From Minisyncoccota bacterium (GTDB lineage: Bacteria; Patescibacteriota; Minisyncoccia; UBA6257; UBA9933), in contig JBAZLC010000002.1 of the NCBI GenBank assembly GCA_041650415.1, forward strand, positions 6,896 through 70,895: DNA of 64,000 nt, read 5' to 3'. Shown here piece by piece: positions 36,455 through 45,388 of the stretch. The stretch's first letter is position 1, and each line of letters begins with the position of its first letter. A program made the position numbers and the translations under genes. Under the pieces are notes generated by a model. That model saw nothing but the letters and a program-made list of their open reading frames with translations, did no database searches and was not told the DNA's origin.

Positions 36455-37684
36455 TTATTTAAACATCCCAAGGTCAACCATTTCTTCCGATTCTTCTTTT
36501 TTCCCGGTTTCCGGATTATTTTCTTCGATTTTTTCTTCTGTTTTCGCTTCCGGCTCCGCTTCAATCTTTATTTCTTTAACGTCTTCTTTTACCTCTTGCA
36601 AATTTTCGGGCACGACTTCACTTACCGGTTCAGCCGGCATTTTAACGACTTCAAATTTTTCAAATCCCGCAGTTTTTTCTTCCGCTAATTGACTAATATT
36701 TACTTTTTCTTGCACCGGTTGTTCCGGAACCTCGGAATAATTAACCACTTTCACGGCTTCAAAAACCTTATTTTCAGCCGGCGTCTCTTCAACAACGGCT
36801 TCCTTTTCCGTTGAAACAAGTTCTTCTTTTTTAATTTCCGGTTTATATTCCTCTTTTTTAGCGGGAGCGGGCTGATCTTCCATTATTTTAAATTCTTCGC
36901 CGATTTCCAATTCCGCTTTTACGGGCGCTTCTTCTTTTTTAAATTCATCTTTGCTCCGCAAAAAATTAAACATCCCGCCCAATGATTTTAATTTTCCGGA
37001 AAGCGGTTTAAAACCGACTTCTTGGTGGATAATCAACGGACCTTCGTTTTTAGGCGTTTCAACCGCGGCTTCCGCTGGCATGGCCGGAGCTGACGCCGGA
37101 GTTTCAAATGAAATCGTCGTCGGTTCTTCTATTTTTTTCTCTTCTTTCTCCATTAAAACGGGCTCTTCGATTTTTTTAACGGTAAAGGCCACGTTTTCAA
37201 CGGGAACAACTTTTTCAACAACGGGTTCCATTCCTTTTTTTACCGAAAGATCTATTTTATTTTCATCTTCAACGATTTTAAAAGACGATTCTTCCGTTTT
37301 ATTCCTTAAATCAAGGGTTGGAGACGTCTGACCTTCTTCGGTTTCCTCTTTTTCAGACGGAGAAGGCTGATAAATTTTTTCCAAATCATTTTTAAATTGA
37401 GAAAATATTTTTCTGTTTATTTCAACCGCTATCGCATCGGCGATTTCGGCGTTTATATTTAACGCCTCGCGGATTTCCGAAGCGAAATCCTCGGGATGAA
37501 TAAAACCCATTAATACTTCTCCTGCCAACTCGGCAATTTTTTGAATTTTATCTTCGGCCAAATGTTGATTCTCGCAAACACGCCATAATATTTCGGCGTT
37601 ATAATCGGAAAAAATAGCCGTTTTTAGATTATCCGGCAAAGTGTCCCATCTTGTTAACGCTTGTTGTTGAGAAATTTTAATCAT
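36455..37684 (-). CDS. acidic E/K/P-rich low-complexity protein with a ~100-aa globular N-terminal domain
   Basis: 409 aa; composition-biased repeats (EEPV..., KKEE...). Confidence 0.4.
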   Translation of the reverse strand: MIKISQQQALTRWDTLPDNLKTAIFSDYNAEILWRVCENQHLAEDKIQKIAELAGEVLMGFIHPEDFASEIREALNINAEIADAIAVEINRKIFSQFKNDLEKIYQPSPSEKEETEEGQTSPTLDLRNKTEESSFKIVEDENKIDLSVKKGMEPVVEKVVPVENVAFTVKKIEEPVLMEKEEKKIEEPTTISFETPASAPAMPAEAAVETPKNEGPLIIHQEVGFKPLSGKLKSLGGMFNFLRSKDEFKKEEAPVKAELEIGEEFKIMEDQPAPAKKEEYKPEIKKEELVSTEKEAVVEETPAENKVFEAVKVVNYSEVPEQPVQEKVNISQLAEEKTAGFEKFEVVKMPAEPVSEVVPENLQEVKEDVKEIKIEAEPEAKTEEKIEENNPETGKKEESEEMVDLGMFK

Positions 37685-37689
37685 AATTT

Positions 37690-39693
37690 TTATTGTTTTT
37701 CAGCTTCATGTTCTTCCGAAGTCCCGCTATAACCACTGCCAAACAAACTGCCGCCAAAATTTTTACGGCTGCCATAAAGCCCGCGCGCCCAATTTCTGAA
37801 AGAAGGATTTAAATTCTTATCAATATATTCCAATTTTTCTTTAACGCCCTTTTTCCTGACTTCTTCATCTCTTATATTTGCTTTCTCAAACGTATCAATA
37901 TAATTATCGACTTCGTCTTGGAAATTAACGACGTCTTCGCCTTTTAGTGAAGACCTAGCTTTTGATATCGCGCCGGGATGAGCATCAAATATTGATTTGA
38001 CAACTTCGCTTCTGATATTTTCATGTTCTGTGTCAGTTAAGCCATACGAGGCTTTTTTACCCAAAATATTCCCTTGAAGCTTATCGTAATCTTTAATTGA
38101 ATGACTCATTCTGAATTTCTTTGTCGCTGCTTGAATGGAAATCGCTTTACCATCTTCATCTTTTCCTGTTAACATCGCAGTATTAAAGCCCATGGTTTTC
38201 TCCATATCGCCATATTCCTTACCCTTACCATAACTCGCGAAAATCTTTTTCATCTTCGGGTCTTTAATGTATTTCGCCGCGTCAGGAACCATATCCAAAT
38301 TTTTATTCTTGGTTAATCTGGACAAAGCCGCAACTCTTTCATCGTTTGTCATGGTAGATACTCTTAATGCCAGCTGCTTATCGGAAAGATTTTTTTGTCT
38401 GGCTTCCGCTTGGCTGGTTAATTTCTCTCCTTGTTGAACGCCGACGCTTCCCAATCTATTACCCAGCCTACCCAAAGTATTTCTTGCAAGAAATCCTCCC
38501 TCGGCGCCGATTTTCTGCATTCCTTCAATCGCTCTTTGTCCGATAGCCGAACGCGCCGGCAAAGTTCCAAGCCGTATCCCCTTTCTTCCCGCCCAACCGC
38601 CAAACGCCTTGCCCGTGCCTTGCGCCCAACCCATAGCGGTTGAAGCAAAAGTAATTCCCATTTTATTCGCCGCGAACAAACCTCCAAGAAGCAGTCCCGT
38701 CGTAATTATAATTTGAAGAACATGATCAAAAAAACCTTTGTTTAAAATCATTGAATCGCTGAAAGCTTTTTGAATTGCCGCGTTTTCTTGCTGTCCAATA
38801 TTAGAAATGCCATTTAATTGATTGCCGCTTGATATAACCAAAACTATAAAGAATAAAACTATGGGCGCAAAAAACGTCCAACGGAGAAAATTACTCCACC
38901 ACTCCGACCAATATTTTGAAGTTCCCGGGAAAATCCACAAAAGCCATACTATCGGCATAATAATCAGCAAAATGCCGAGAGTAACCGCCCGAATCAAAAG
39001 CATTATTGTTAAAGCAAAAAAAGTTAAAATTATTATAAATATAAAAACAATCGCGAATAAAAGACTTGCCATGTATTGAAAAATATAACTGAAAAGACCG
39101 GTTGCAATCTTCCACAATGACGCATCTTTTACCTGAACAAGTCCCTGTGGATTAAGAATTCCCATTAAGCCGTCGGATATGCTTTTACCGTTTAATCCCT
39201 GGAGGAAAAAGTCCGTGAAAATATTTGAAACCGAAATAAAAGCTCCGGCAATAGTTAAGCTGAAATTAACCAACAACGCGGCAACGATTAATTTCCAAAG
39301 AGTTTGCTTCATCGCGTAGCTTTGGACTCTGAAAATCGTGGCAAACGCCATTACTATAATCGCGAAAACAAATCCCAAATTCGCAAAACTTATCATAACA
39401 TTGGAACCGGTTTGCACGATCGGGAGACTTATTACGCTTTTTCCTATGTTAATTGAAAAATTAAGAACTGCCGCCAGCATTGCTAAAATTCCGGAAGAAA
39501 CGGTTAATAAAAAATTTAACAAAACTGGCCCTGAATCAACGGAGCCATCCGTTACTTTAGTCAAAGCCACATCGTTTGTATGGTTATAGTCAGCTGGAGA
39601 AACAGGCTGGGCAAAAACACAATTGGCGGTCAAAAACATCGCACCGAAAACCAAAAGCGTTAAAATTATTTTATTTTTGTTTTTTATTTTCAT
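37690..39693 (-). CDS. VirB6/TrbL-like polytopic membrane protein with a C-terminal soluble domain (candidate)
   Basis: Signal peptide, 6 or more TM helices, Gly-rich segment, ~250-aa hydrophilic C-terminus; size and topology resemble PrgH/TcpH-type VirB6 homologues. Confidence 0.4.
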   Translation of the reverse strand: MKIKNKNKIILTLLVFGAMFLTANCVFAQPVSPADYNHTNDVALTKVTDGSVDSGPVLLNFLLTVSSGILAMLAAVLNFSINIGKSVISLPIVQTGSNVMISFANLGFVFAIIVMAFATIFRVQSYAMKQTLWKLIVAALLVNFSLTIAGAFISVSNIFTDFFLQGLNGKSISDGLMGILNPQGLVQVKDASLWKIATGLFSYIFQYMASLLFAIVFIFIIILTFFALTIMLLIRAVTLGILLIIMPIVWLLWIFPGTSKYWSEWWSNFLRWTFFAPIVLFFIVLVISSGNQLNGISNIGQQENAAIQKAFSDSMILNKGFFDHVLQIIITTGLLLGGLFAANKMGITFASTAMGWAQGTGKAFGGWAGRKGIRLGTLPARSAIGQRAIEGMQKIGAEGGFLARNTLGRLGNRLGSVGVQQGEKLTSQAEARQKNLSDKQLALRVSTMTNDERVAALSRLTKNKNLDMVPDAAKYIKDPKMKKIFASYGKGKEYGDMEKTMGFNTAMLTGKDEDGKAISIQAATKKFRMSHSIKDYDKLQGNILGKKASYGLTDTEHENIRSEVVKSIFDAHPGAISKARSSLKGEDVVNFQDEVDNYIDTFEKANIRDEEVRKKGVKEKLEYIDKNLNPSFRNWARGLYGSRKNFGGSLFGSGYSGTSEEHEAEKQ

Positions 39694-39718
39694 TAGAATA
39701 AATTAAATAATGCCGGTA

Positions 39719-41293
39719 TTACGGATTAGTCGATGTCGCGCTTGTCGATGTCGCGCTTGTCGCCCTGCACGAGCTAAGCGCCGCCAAAGCAAGTCTTTCC
39801 TTATTTGCTTTATCGGTAACCTCAAGAGCAGCAGCGGATCTATCAGAACCGGTAGTAAGCGGCTCCAAATATTGTTGATTAGAATATATGCCTATAAATT
39901 GAGAATAAACTCCTTGGGCCTGCGATATTTCAACGGAATCCACGGTAATTGAAGTTGCCGAATTTGTATATTTCGAATAAATGGTATCGATTTTATCAAG
40001 CGCGTTATTGGATTGCTGAACTCTTAATGCGAAATCATCCACCTTCCCTTTTAAAATTGATTGGGCGGCATTGGATTTGGCAATGGCGCTATCAGTACTG
40101 GTTGCGTTTAAAACGCTCAATATGTCATTGCCGTTCTCGGTATCAATGGCTATCCCGCAAGATCTTGATTTTATTTCCTGAAGCGCGCTTATTACCTGGG
40201 AATTAGAATCAAATGCTTTGCTGTATTGTGATACCAAGAAACTCCATTCACTGAGAAACGGATTTATTCCATCTATCATCATTTTTTGATCGGATTTAAG
40301 ATTTTGAATTATGGCGTCTTGATACTGCCCGGTATAGCCCGCCGCGGAATTCTCATTGGAAGAATTTGAATTCGCTATCAAACTAAGTCCTTCTTTGGTT
40401 AAACGGGTAATAAGAGCGTTTATTATCGCTGACATATACGATTGAACGTTAGCCGCCCATTGGGAATCGGAATTAATCGCCGTTTTAACCGCTTCACCGA
40501 CCACGGCGCCCGGAGTGACATTTTCCATGTCTTTAGCAAGACAATAATTACCCTTAGAATCTTTTTGATACATTGACGGCGGCGTATTATCTTCAAAAGC
40601 ATCAAGTCCATACCCGCCGCCTTTACACCTTTTAACCGACAAAAATCCACTTCCGGCTTGAACTTCTTTTGACGCGGCATCCACCGCTTTAGCGGCTTCA
40701 GCGTTAAGATTGGCGCTAACTTGCAAAGCTACTCCAAAATAATTACCCTGCGACTGCATTGTTTCGGTATAACCTACCCAGCCGCCTTTGTTAAAATCTT
40801 TATAAAAATCGTCTATGTTTTTCACAATGCCGTCTAAAGTGCATTTTACTTGCTGACCGAATTTCGGTGCCGGCGTAAGCCCCAATAAAATCTGCGCTTT
40901 AAAAGGCGAACAAATAAAAGAAGCATTTGTTTTAAGCACCACGTCTCCAATTGCCGCGTTGGCGGAACTCCTTAAAAACCCGCTAAAATCAGTGACAAAT
41001 TGAGGCTTACCGCCGCCCTGAATCCAGGCAATCGTCTGATCTGTCATATAATCCATAATGCGCTTGACTATCGCGTCACGGAGAGCTTTCAAAGCTTCAT
41101 CTTTCGCCCATTGTGCAACTTGTACTGCCCAATTACCAAGTGCCAAACCAAAAGCTTGAGGATCAAATACAACATCCTCAATTCCCCAAACCGCTAAAGC
41201 TTTTTTTGGAGATTGAAAAATATTAGAAACACCAAAAATAAGTGTAAAAATTATTAGAAAAAGTATTGTTTTTTTTATAAAACTGTTTTTCAT
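39719..41293 (-). CDS. secreted hypothetical protein with a C-terminal (ATSTS)n repeat
   Basis: Signal peptide MKNSFIKKTILFLIIFTLIFGVSNIFQSPKKALA; 524 aa; C-terminus encoded by a 15-bp tandem repeat. Confidence 0.4.
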   Translation of the reverse strand: MKNSFIKKTILFLIIFTLIFGVSNIFQSPKKALAVWGIEDVVFDPQAFGLALGNWAVQVAQWAKDEALKALRDAIVKRIMDYMTDQTIAWIQGGGKPQFVTDFSGFLRSSANAAIGDVVLKTNASFICSPFKAQILLGLTPAPKFGQQVKCTLDGIVKNIDDFYKDFNKGGWVGYTETMQSQGNYFGVALQVSANLNAEAAKAVDAASKEVQAGSGFLSVKRCKGGGYGLDAFEDNTPPSMYQKDSKGNYCLAKDMENVTPGAVVGEAVKTAINSDSQWAANVQSYMSAIINALITRLTKEGLSLIANSNSSNENSAAGYTGQYQDAIIQNLKSDQKMMIDGINPFLSEWSFLVSQYSKAFDSNSQVISALQEIKSRSCGIAIDTENGNDILSVLNATSTDSAIAKSNAAQSILKGKVDDFALRVQQSNNALDKIDTIYSKYTNSATSITVDSVEISQAQGVYSQFIGIYSNQQYLEPLTTGSDRSAAALEVTDKANKERLALAALSSCRATSATSTSATSTNP

Positions 41294-42120
41294 AAATCAA
41301 TTCCTGTTGCTAATTTATAATATTCTTTTCCTATTTCAATTTCTTCATTTATCAGACCCGATACCATTTCAAAAAATAAACCCGCTTTTACCGGATCGTT
41401 CTGGATGTCGCCTATGCCCGAATAAATTATTCCCGCCTTCTTAAAAAATCTCAGATATCTTTTATGAAGCTCTAACTGATCCGTGGGAACGGACACGATC
41501 ATAAATCTGTTATAAAGATTTTGATATGTTTTTACTAATTGGTTTAATCCCGAAAAATCGCTTAATAATATCGCTTTATCAACGGCGCTTGTCGGGTTTT
41601 TATAAGCATCCGTTTCGTTTTGGGAAAAAACAATAAACACTCCCTCCAAATAATTTTTCTTTGCTTCTTTTGAATTATCCTGTAAAACTTTTATGGCTTT
41701 TTCGTCTATTGATAAATCATAATAAGATAAAGGATCTTTAATTCCGCTTATCGCGCTCTGAATTGCCTCTTTGTTATTGGGGTCTTCGGGATCAAAAACG
41801 GTCGAACTGTCTCCACTTTGAAACATATTTTCCATATCGCCAAACATTTGACTGGCAACCAATTCGGAAAAATTGATCTGCTTTGAAGAATTTAAAAAAT
41901 TCGATGATTCGTTCCCGACCGAGTCTCCCGTTAATATCTGTTCTTTTGCTTTTTCAATCCATTTAATCGGACTATTTTCCAATATTTGCTTGCTTAATTC
42001 CGAAATTCCGCCGTTTTCGCTCGAAGCCGCCGCGGGACCGGAATTTTTAAAAATAAAATAGGAGCTTACTATGCCTGCTAAAATTACCAAAACTACCGCC
42101 GTGTTTTTGATAGGATTCAT
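41290..42120 (-). CDS. bitopic membrane protein (VirB8-like topology, hypothetical)
   Basis: N-terminal TM then ~250 aa extracytoplasmic; 4-nt overlap with the downstream gene. Confidence 0.35.
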   Translation of the reverse strand: MNPIKNTAVVLVILAGIVSSYFIFKNSGPAAASSENGGISELSKQILENSPIKWIEKAKEQILTGDSVGNESSNFLNSSKQINFSELVASQMFGDMENMFQSGDSSTVFDPEDPNNKEAIQSAISGIKDPLSYYDLSIDEKAIKVLQDNSKEAKKNYLEGVFIVFSQNETDAYKNPTSAVDKAILLSDFSGLNQLVKTYQNLYNRFMIVSVPTDQLELHKRYLRFFKKAGIIYSGIGDIQNDPVKAGLFFEMVSGLINEEIEIGKEYYKLATGIDL

Positions 42121-42168
42121 TAATATTATTATATCAACATAACGGGCCCAAGAAAAGTGGATAGAGGG

Positions 42169-44583
42169 CTATTCCTGAAACGGACAGATTCCCGAATGCT
42201 TCGCGAGCGTCCAAATCGACAATGTCGTTGTGTGTGGATTTCCAACGCCCTCGACGGAGTTAATCCAGGCGCCCGATTTTAATTGGTTATCCATTATATT
42301 TTTAATCCAACTCTCTTTCACTAAGTTTTTAAACCCGTAATTTTCAAGAAAAGCCGCCCGCTCCACGTACAAATCGTCGACTTTTCCGCTTTTTTCTTCA
42401 TCAGACGCCATTTTTTGCGCGGCAGTTAAAATAATTTTATCAAGATCGTATCCCTCCGCAACGCATCCGTTTTCTTTAAAAAGAACCGCCGACCAAAATT
42501 TATGAGTAAGGTCGTAACCGGTTTCGGTTTCTATATTATCAAAAGCCTTAGCGGTAAAATCTTCCCGGACCGGATACAAATCACAATAAAGCGCCTGAGG
42601 TAAAACATCATTGTAAAAAGTTTGGGGGGTTTTTAAAATCGTCAAAGCTTTATCGCTAATTTTTTTGTAATCCGCTCTATTGGAAAAAAATCTTTCGAAT
42701 ACGGGCAAATAAGAATGATTTTCAAATTCCTTTAAAATGCCTTTCCAAAAAACTTCCGCTTTCGGCGAATGGCAATATTTATCGTTTATCATTTTAATCA
42801 TCATCGGAATTCCGGGATCTGCAAAATTCTTATCGTATTGATAAAGCCAACGCCATCCCGCGACGGCCGCTTGGTTTGACCGCGCGTCAAATGAATTTGC
42901 CAAAGAAAACATCGCCGCTTCGACCGCGAAAACCGCGATAAAAATCAAATAAACGATTACTACGTATTTTTCTTTAAATTTTTCCTTATTGATGACAAAA
43001 AACAATATTATTCCGAAAACCGCCGCGGTAATCAAAGTAATTACGTTTAAATAAAAAGTCACGGGTATCAACAGTAATCCGAAAAAAGCGAGCACGCCCA
43101 CAATCGCTTTCCCGTTTTTCGGTCCAAAAAAAGCCGGCAATGTTTTAACTCCCTCTTTCGCATCACCCTCGATATCTTTTAAATTCTTTATTTCAGCCAA
43201 AAGAAAAATTATCAGAAATATTCCCAGAGCGTATTTCACCGGAAAATTTCTTAAATTTTCCGTTCCCGCAACCATAAAAAATCCCATTAATACCGCGATT
43301 AATCCGTTAATGGCCGTAATAAAAGAAGAAGCGCCTAAAAATCTTTTGAGTCTGAGCGGCGGCGCGGAATACAAATGATAAACGATTAAAAATAAAACCG
43401 TAAAAGTAAACAAGTAAAATCCTCCCAAAAATGCGGAGCTTAATGCCAGAAAAAGAAACAGATATTTCAAATTTCTCCATTCTTCGTTGGTGAAAGATCC
43501 TCTTATCAACGGCCTGTCGGAATTGGAAATTTTATCGGTTTCCAAATCCGCTTCGTCATTTTCCCAAACCGAAAAGGCCCATGAAAAAATCAGACATAAA
43601 AACAAGCAAGCCAAAGATGTAAAATCAAACAAGGAGCCTATCGGATTGTAACCGGCAAATTTCATCCCCAGATAAATTCCCACCGAAGCCATCAGAGAAT
43701 AATGAATTATTCTTGATAGCCGGAAATTTTTTATTACGGCAATAAATTTTTTCGCATCGTACAGCCACAGCCACCATCCAAGAAGCAGAATGTCCGTTAT
43801 TAGAAAAATTATCGAAAGAGTCGCGGAATATTGGTTATTTATTTTTTGGGACTCGGTTAAACCGTTAATTCCGTTTTCAACGACAAAAGTCCGGTCTTTG
43901 GTAATTGCGTCCGCCGGCTCTTGCCGGTAATAAAAATAATTAGTTGTCTGATAATTAATTTCCCGATAGTCATTTGTAATTGCATTATCCGCCGCAAAGA
44001 TATAAACCGGCATGCTTATAAAAAAGAACGTAACGGCATAAATTGCCAGAACGCAAAAGAAGGAACGCCAAATGTTTTTTGTTTTATAAAAAACGTAATA
44101 ACCCAACCCCAGCAAACCCAAAGCAAGTTCTATCTTCATGCCAAGTGTGGCGCCGGTAGTTCTTCCGGCGATGCCGCCGAAAAAAGAAAGGAATGAATGC
44201 ACTAAATCGGAAAAATCGCCGACTATGAAAACATAACGAACCTGATTTCCTTTTTGAATAATAATGTCTAAAATCGGCGATAAAATTACCAACCATGAAA
44301 ATATTGCTCCCAGCCGGCTCACTTTTTCAATTTTCTCTCCCGTGAATAATCTTAAAAAGATAAATACCGAAATAAAACCCATAAAAAACCACAGCGGATA
44401 ATGAAAATACGTATCAATCACGCCCATTATGCGGTTCCCGTTGTCAAAATTGGCGTAATTTTCCAAAAACCCCCTTAAAAAAGAAACAATATATATAAGT
44501 AAAAATACCACCCCAAAAGATATCTGCTTATTATTTTCTATTTTTTCTATAAGCGCTTTTAACGGATTTAACGTCATTTTCAA
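42169..44583 (-). CDS. large polytopic membrane protein containing a UbiA-family prenyltransferase domain, with extra N-terminal TM region and C-terminal soluble domain
   Basis: NDEADLETD (NDxxDxxxD) plus SDRPLIRG (NRPLxSG-like), and second motif KDIEGDAKEGVKTLP (DxExDxxxGxKT), in mid-protein. ~14 TM helices. C-terminal domain has a QLKSGAW (QxxxGxW-like) motif. Confidence 0.55.
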   Translation of the reverse strand: MKMTLNPLKALIEKIENNKQISFGVVFLLIYIVSFLRGFLENYANFDNGNRIMGVIDTYFHYPLWFFMGFISVFIFLRLFTGEKIEKVSRLGAIFSWLVILSPILDIIIQKGNQVRYVFIVGDFSDLVHSFLSFFGGIAGRTTGATLGMKIELALGLLGLGYYVFYKTKNIWRSFFCVLAIYAVTFFFISMPVYIFAADNAITNDYREINYQTTNYFYYRQEPADAITKDRTFVVENGINGLTESQKINNQYSATLSIIFLITDILLLGWWLWLYDAKKFIAVIKNFRLSRIIHYSLMASVGIYLGMKFAGYNPIGSLFDFTSLACLFLCLIFSWAFSVWENDEADLETDKISNSDRPLIRGSFTNEEWRNLKYLFLFLALSSAFLGGFYLFTFTVLFLIVYHLYSAPPLRLKRFLGASSFITAINGLIAVLMGFFMVAGTENLRNFPVKYALGIFLIIFLLAEIKNLKDIEGDAKEGVKTLPAFFGPKNGKAIVGVLAFFGLLLIPVTFYLNVITLITAAVFGIILFFVINKEKFKEKYVVIVYLIFIAVFAVEAAMFSLANSFDARSNQAAVAGWRWLYQYDKNFADPGIPMMIKMINDKYCHSPKAEVFWKGILKEFENHSYLPVFERFFSNRADYKKISDKALTILKTPQTFYNDVLPQALYCDLYPVREDFTAKAFDNIETETGYDLTHKFWSAVLFKENGCVAEGYDLDKIILTAAQKMASDEEKSGKVDDLYVERAAFLENYGFKNLVKESWIKNIMDNQLKSGAWINSVEGVGNPHTTTLSIWTLAKHSGICPFQE

Positions 44584-44614
44584 AAAGTATAGCTTAAAAA
44601 ATCAGCTCTAGCAA

Positions 44615-45388
44615 TTAAATCAATTTTTTAATTTGTTCAATATTTAAATTTTGCGGTCTGTCCCCCGGCTTAATTCCGGTCTTCAGCAAAGTTTTTAAAA
44701 TTTCCTCTTTTTTACCCGATGGCGACAAATTATTAATAATCGTTTTCCTCGGCTGCTTGAATAAAACTTTAATAAATGCGTAGTAATCACTATCCTTAAT
44801 TTTTATTTCTTTATTTTTAATTCTTAATCTTATTATCGCGCTATCCACTTTCGGCACGGGCACAAAATCTTTCTTGGAAATATAACTTATTATTTTCGGG
44901 TCCGCCCAAAATTGAACGCTTGCCGCCAATAAATTCATATCGGGCGCTTGAGCGCAAATTCTTTGGGCCACTTCTTTTTGAATCGTTAAAACCGTTAGAT
45001 CGGGCTTTGTTTTTAATTCGCTTATAATTCTCAACAAATATCCGGTAATGTAATAAGGAATATTACCGGCAATTTTATAGGATTTAAGATCTAAGACATA
45101 AGATTTAAGAACTTTTAAGGCGTCTCCTTCAACTATTTCGATTTTTTTGTCTTCGGAAAATTCTTTCCTTAGAAATTCCGCCAGTTTTACGTCTTTTTCA
45201 ATCGCTATAATTCTTATTTCTTTACTCTTATTTCTTATTTCTCTTGTAAGCTCTCCATGACCCGGGCCGATTTCAATTACAGTATCGCCTTTTTTTAATT
45301 CCAAAACCTCCGCGATTTTCCGCAGCTTGGATTTATTTTTTAAAAAGTTTTGCCCCAGGCTCTTCTTGGCACGGATTCTTTTAAACAT
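44615..45388 (-). CDS. rsmA: 16S rRNA (adenine1518/1519-N6)-dimethyltransferase
   Basis: SLGQNFLKN and VIEIGPGHGELT motifs. Confidence 0.9.
   Translation of the reverse strand: MFKRIRAKKSLGQNFLKNKSKLRKIAEVLELKKGDTVIEIGPGHGELTREIRNKSKEIRIIAIEKDVKLAEFLRKEFSEDKKIEIVEGDALKVLKSYVLDLKSYKIAGNIPYYITGYLLRIISELKTKPDLTVLTIQKEVAQRICAQAPDMNLLAASVQFWADPKIISYISKKDFVPVPKVDSAIIRLRIKNKEIKIKDSDYYAFIKVLFKQPRKTIINNLSPSGKKEEILKTLLKTGIKPGDRPQNLNIEQIKKLI

Noticed and set aside
43921-43968. A further QTTN peptide (NYQTTNYFYY) in the UbiA-fusion protein, as another copy of the recurrent CA-rich motif
   Set aside because: The DNA here is CAGACAACTAAT, not the CAAACTACAAACAA element, and the context is Tyr-rich. Treated as coincidence.
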